Of a DNA stretch of 64,000 bases, positions 59,333 to 64,000 are shown in pieces. The position numbers and the translations under genes were made by a program. This DNA comes from the human T2T-CHM13v2.0 reference genome, Homo sapiens. The stretch's first letter is position 1; the number at the start of each line of letters is the position of its first letter. The stretch lies in the NCBI RefSeq assembly GCF_009914755.1, contig NC_060929.1, one strand, 5' to 3'. The notes beneath the pieces were generated by a model. It did no database searches, was not told the DNA's origin, and worked only from the letters and a program-made list of their open reading frames with translations.

Positions 59333-60601
59333 TGAGGGGGTCTTCAAACATTTATGAAAAATATGTATTATAAAAAAAACTATTCATGGCTTTAAATTTC
59401 TTTTGCACCAAAATAATCTGGTACTAACTTGTTATAACACGTTTGAACAGAATCCAATTTGAGGCACTATAAGACACCAGTTTTAAATGAAGTACTATCA
59501 GAGCAACACTAATTCTGCTAACATTGAAACAAGAACATCAAATTTATGATTAAGCTTGGATAGAAAAATGGTAAAATCATTGATGCTTTACAAAAAGTTG
59601 ATGGGGAGTGTCCCAAATAAATCAACAGTTAACTCATTTCAAGAAGGGACAAGACAATGTTAAAGAGAAAGCCTGCAGTGTAGACCATTCAAATGAATTT
59701 ATGACAAAAATATTTTTCTTGCACTAATTGACAATCAATAATTAAAAGCAGTAACAATAGCCAACACCATAGACATTTCAATTGTTTAGGCTTACACTAT
59801 TCTGGTGAAAAAATTAAAGCTGAACAAACTTTCCACTCAAAGGGTGCTAAAACCATTGTGCCCAAATTGGCTGCAGACCAGAATGTAGCTTTCAATGGAA
59901 TTTTAAACAAATAGGATCATGGTCCTGAAATTTTTCTTTGCAGAATTTCCACAGGAGATGAAACATGGCTTTCCCAGTACAATCCTGAAGACAAAGCACA
60001 ATCAAAGCAATGGTTACCAAGAGGTGGAAGTGGTCCGGTCAAAGCAAATGTGGACTGGTTAAGAGGAAGTATCCTGGCAAAAGTTTCTTGGGATGGTCAA
60101 GGAATTCTGCTTGTTTACTTTCTTGAGGCCCAAAGAACAACAACATCTGCTTATTATAAAAGTGTTTTGAGAAAGTTAACCAAAGTTTATCAGAAAACTT
60201 CCTGGGAAAGCTTCACCGGTCTTTCTCCACCACAACAATGCTTCTGTTGATTCTCCTCAAACAAGGGCAATTTTGTGAGCATTTTGAAGAAAAATCGTAA
60301 GAAATCTACCTTAAGGTCCTGATTTGGCTCCTTCTGACTTACTTCTGTTTTCTAATTGTAAAAAAATTGTTTCACGGGCATGCAATTTTTTTTTTTTTTT
60401 AGTTAATAATGTATAAAAGCCTGAATTGACATGATTAAATTCCCAGGATCCTCAGTTCTTTTGGTATGGACTAAATTGGTCTGGTATCATTGCTTACAGA
60501 TTACATTGAACTTAATGAAACTTAGGTTTAGAAATACAGTTTATATTTTTTATTTGTACCTTTTAATTCCATTTTCCTTTGACCTTTTTGATATCTCCTC
60601 A
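59333..60601 (+). mobile_element. HSMAR2 mariner, near full length (~1.27 kb), degenerate transposase
   Basis: TIRs tgagggggtcttcaaacatttatgaaaaat / cattttcctttgacctttttgatatctcctca; transposase remnants TGDETW (acaggagatgaaacatgg), PEDKAQSKQWLPRGGSGPVKA, WDGQGILLV.FLE.QRT.TSAYY.SVLRKL (ORF 60050), PDLAPSD (cctgatttggctccttctgac). Confidence 0.92.
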
Positions 60602-62700
60602 GTAACTTCTTCCATCACTGTTTCTTCTTTCTATACTTTAACTGTGCATCATTAAATTTCCAAATATTTGAGTATAGCCCTTATATATTTTTATTTTTAT
60701 TGTAGTATGAAAATACACTTTATATTATTTCTGTTTTTTGAAATGTGTTAATGTATGGGAGGGCCCACAATGTTGTCTATCATTATATGTTCCATGTGAA
60801 CTTGAGAAGAATACATGTGCTGTTGTTGTTGGATGGAGCATTCTATAAATTTTGATTGCATTAAATTGATTGATAGTGCTGATCAGGCCACTAGTATCCT
60901 TATAGATTTACTTCTATATTTATCTGTCAGTAAGTAATACAGGGGTAATAAGTTTTTGAACTAAAATAGTGTATTTGTTTACATTTATTTCGGTCTTATT
61001 ACCTTTTTGTCTCATATTTTGATATTATTTTGTTAGGTGGATACATTTATAGTACTGGTATTACTTCTTGAAGAATTAACATCTTTATAATTATGTATTG
61101 CTCCTTTTATTATGAATAATCTTTCTTGTAAATTTTTTTGTCTGAGGTTCATATATCTATTCCAGGATTTTTGTGTGTGTCTGTTTGTATAATATATGTT
61201 TCTCTATCTCTTTACTTTTAATTTACATGAGTCTTTATATTATAGTGAGTTACTTAAATAAAATTTGTATTTTTTGTTTTATTTTATATTTTAATCTACT
61301 TTGATAATATCTGTATTTCAATTAGTGAATTTATAAATTTACCCTTAAAGTGATTATGAATTAATATTACCATATCTGTAATTGTTTCTTATTTGGTACA
61401 TTTTTTCCTTCATTCTTTCCTCTTTTTCTTTGAGCATTTTATATGATTCATTTGATTTCTTCTTTTAACATACTAATTCCTTTTATGTTTCCATGATTGC
61501 TCTAAAACTTTTAATAACCATTAAAAGTAATGTAAGTCCATTGTAAAATAACACCGTAGCCCTTCACATGTAATACAAGTAACATAACCATGTATACCTA
61601 ATTCCCCCCTTTTATCTCTTATAATATTGCTGTCATTCATTTCTTGTTTTTTAATTAACTGTATGCAACATGTTTTCAAATTTTCTCACAGTTCTTGGAT
61701 ATTCTGCTTGTTTTAAATTTACTTAGTTTTTTCATTCTTTTTCTTTTTGCTCTTTAATTTGGGAAGCTGACCTATCTTGACCTATATTTTAAGCTCACCA
61801 ATTCCTTTTTTATCCATGTCAAGACATCCCAATATTTCATAAGAAAATTTATTTATTTATAATCTTTTTATATTTAATTTATAAAATTTAATTTTGGCTG
61901 TTACTTAAAATTCTATTTCTGTGCTTACAATGACTGTATGTTACTGCATTTTGTAATGTTTTAAATAGAGCCTTTAACATAGTAATTATTGCTATTTCTA
62001 CATTCGCTGTCTGATAATTCCAACATTTCTGCTATTTTTTAGTTTTATTCTGATGATTGGGTTTTCAATTGAATTTGGCGTGCCTTATCATTTGATGTTG
62101 AAAGTTGTACACCTTCCATCAAGTAATGAGAAATAAGGTAGATAGAACCATGTGTGAGTATTTAATTAATATGACTAAAAATTAAGCTTTAAAAAATTTT
62201 TGCTCTATCTATAAGTGCCAGAGGCTCCATTTCTTCCCAGTTTTTTGATATTTTTCTCTATTCTTGACTTTGGTTTTTCTACATACTCCTGCTCAGAGAT
62301 AGTCTGTGAAGTTTAGATCCTTCAAATTTAATACACTGTTATACTGAGTTTGGCTGTTGTACAACAAAGTGTGAAGAATGATGAGCTCTCTTTAATCTTT
62401 TAATTAAATCTCAATATTTTGTGTGCCTATGTCTCAGGCTGTTACCTTCACAAATGTTTATAAAGTAGTATTGTTCTTTTTTCAACCTTTATAATCTACT
62501 ATGTTCCCTGGCTACAGCATTCCCAATATATTTCCTTTAAGCCCTGACCCTGCAAACTATATGCTTTTCCCTCTTAGGTGAGACAGAAAAGCCAATGGAG
62601 GCTGGAGTGGAAAAAATATCTTTCTCTCAGCTCAGCAATCAGAGATAACTTGGACCTCAGTTCTTTACTTGATCTAAAGATGATCACTACTCTTTAGTGT

Positions 62701-62821
62701 CTTTTCTTCCTCCTCTTCCTCCTCCTCTCCTTCCCCTTCCCCTTCTTTCTCTTCCTCTTCTTTCCTCCTTCCCTTCCTCCCCCTTCCCCTCCCACTCCTC
62801 CTCCTTCTTCTTCTTCTTCTT
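62701..62821 (+). repeat. ~120-bp polypyrimidine (CT-rich) tract
   Basis: Only C/T except a single A. Confidence 0.9.
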
Positions 62822-62827
62822 GATAGG

Positions 62828-63140
62828 GGCCGGAAGCAGTGGCTCATACCTGTAATCCCAGCACTTTGGGAGGCTGAGGCGGGTGGATCACCTGAGGTCA
62901 GGAGTTACAGAGCAGCCTGGTAAACATGGTGAAAGCCCATCTCTACTAAAAATACAAAATCAGCCAAGCACGGTGGCACACATGCAATCCCAGCTACTCA
63001 GGAGGCTGAGGCAGGAGAATCACTTGAATTCCGGAGGCAGAGATTGCAGTGAGCCAAGATGGCGCCAGCACACTCTAGCCTGGGCAACAGAGTGAGTGAA
63101 ATGAATGAGACTACATGTCAAAAACAAAACAAAACAAAAA
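62828..63140 (+). mobile_element. AluS (Sx/Sq-like) with (CAAAA)n tail
   Basis: ggccggaagcagtggctc...gatcacctgaggtcaggagtt...; small insertion near 3' end. Confidence 0.88.
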
Positions 63141-64000
63141 GAAAGGCAGGAGTAATGACTTCCAAGTTTTCTACACATCAAAGCTGTAACTGGAAGACTC
63201 TCACTATAGTTTTTTAATTTCTCTTTTTAAATTGTTTTTAAAAACTTTGACAAAAAAGACATAACTTTAGATTTGTTTTTTTTTTTTTGGAAATTTTGTT
63301 ACCAGATGGTTTATTGATTGATACTAATCCTAAATCCAAGAGTTGTCATTAAGTATACAAATAGTATTTTAATTATGAGTATCAATCCAAAATTTAACTG
63401 TTTATGTAAATTTTAAGTGTAATAATAGTTGTGTGTGTACATGCATGTACACATTAATACTAAGAAACAGACCCAGCGAAGATAATATGTATGATACAAA
63501 ATGAGATACTTCTCAACAAACATTCACTCCTTTCTGGCTCCATAAATTTGGGATTTGCTCTCTGGCTTACGGTGGTCAAAAGAGAGTAAAGTGAGATATA
63601 AGCAAAGGCTATACCTATGATTCAGGAAGTTGGCCTGTCTTTTTGCTGTTTTGGATCTGCCATCAAAAGACAGTGATTTGAGGAGCTGAATAGTAACCAA
63701 TGATTTAAAGAGAGTTAGGAAATATATGGAGGAGATTTGCATGTAATTTGCAGCTTAACATTAAGTCAAGACAATCATATATGAGTCTAGTAGAGCAATA
63801 GTCACCCTTCAAACATGGAAATATGGGCATAAGCGTTAGAAGCCAGAGTGAATTAGTGTTGATTACACAGCAAGAAATGGCTTACTAAAAATGTAATGTT
63901 ACTTACAATATGTGGAATTACAACCAAATGTATTAATCAACATAACTACATCACATGGGTAAAAAAAGAAGTTATATTGTACAATTTAAGATGTAAATAC

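Larger units (their letters stand above)
50260..62700 (-). mobile_element. Long ancient L1MC-like element, fragmented by L1MA, THE1A, Tigger3, HSMAR2 and an inversion
   Basis: Antisense pieces 50260-50559, 54745-55417, 57703-58770 and 60602-~62700 run from the 3' end toward the 5' region; sense piece 58891-59070. Confidence 0.6.

Noticed and set aside
59490-60520. Intact or domesticated mariner transposase (SETMAR-like)
   Set aside because: HSMAR2 rather than Hsmar1; longest listed ORF in the transposase frame is 66 aa, with many stops and frameshifts.

Overview
Primate (human/great-ape-like) pericentromeric DNA, not microbial. Bases 1-~19245 are about 100 diverged, head-to-tail ~172-bp alpha-satellite monomers of an old, CENP-B-box-free 'monomeric' type, interrupted by one AluY and one L1PA7/8-like fragment. 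From ~19246 on is an AT-rich, gene-free transposon graveyard: L1PA/L1PB/L1MA/L1MC/L1ME pieces, Alus, two full-length THE1A elements, THE1/MST solo LTRs, Tigger1/Tigger3/MER47/MADE1 and a near-full-length HSMAR2 mariner. I see no credible host protein-coding exon or RNA gene; the ORFs I could place are repeat-derived. Most notable: (i) an ancient ~1.7-kb inversion with one breakpoint exactly at an HSMAR2 end, reconstructed from a split Tigger3 and a split L1; (ii) fossil 4-, 6- and 12-monomer duplications and a distinct variant sub-domain inside the 'monomeric' satellite; (iii) a twin-primed (5'-inverted) L1PA with a 13-bp TSD. Repeat subfamily names come from my recollection of consensus sequences and need RepeatMasker/Dfam confirmation. 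I cannot assign the chromosome from sequence alone.
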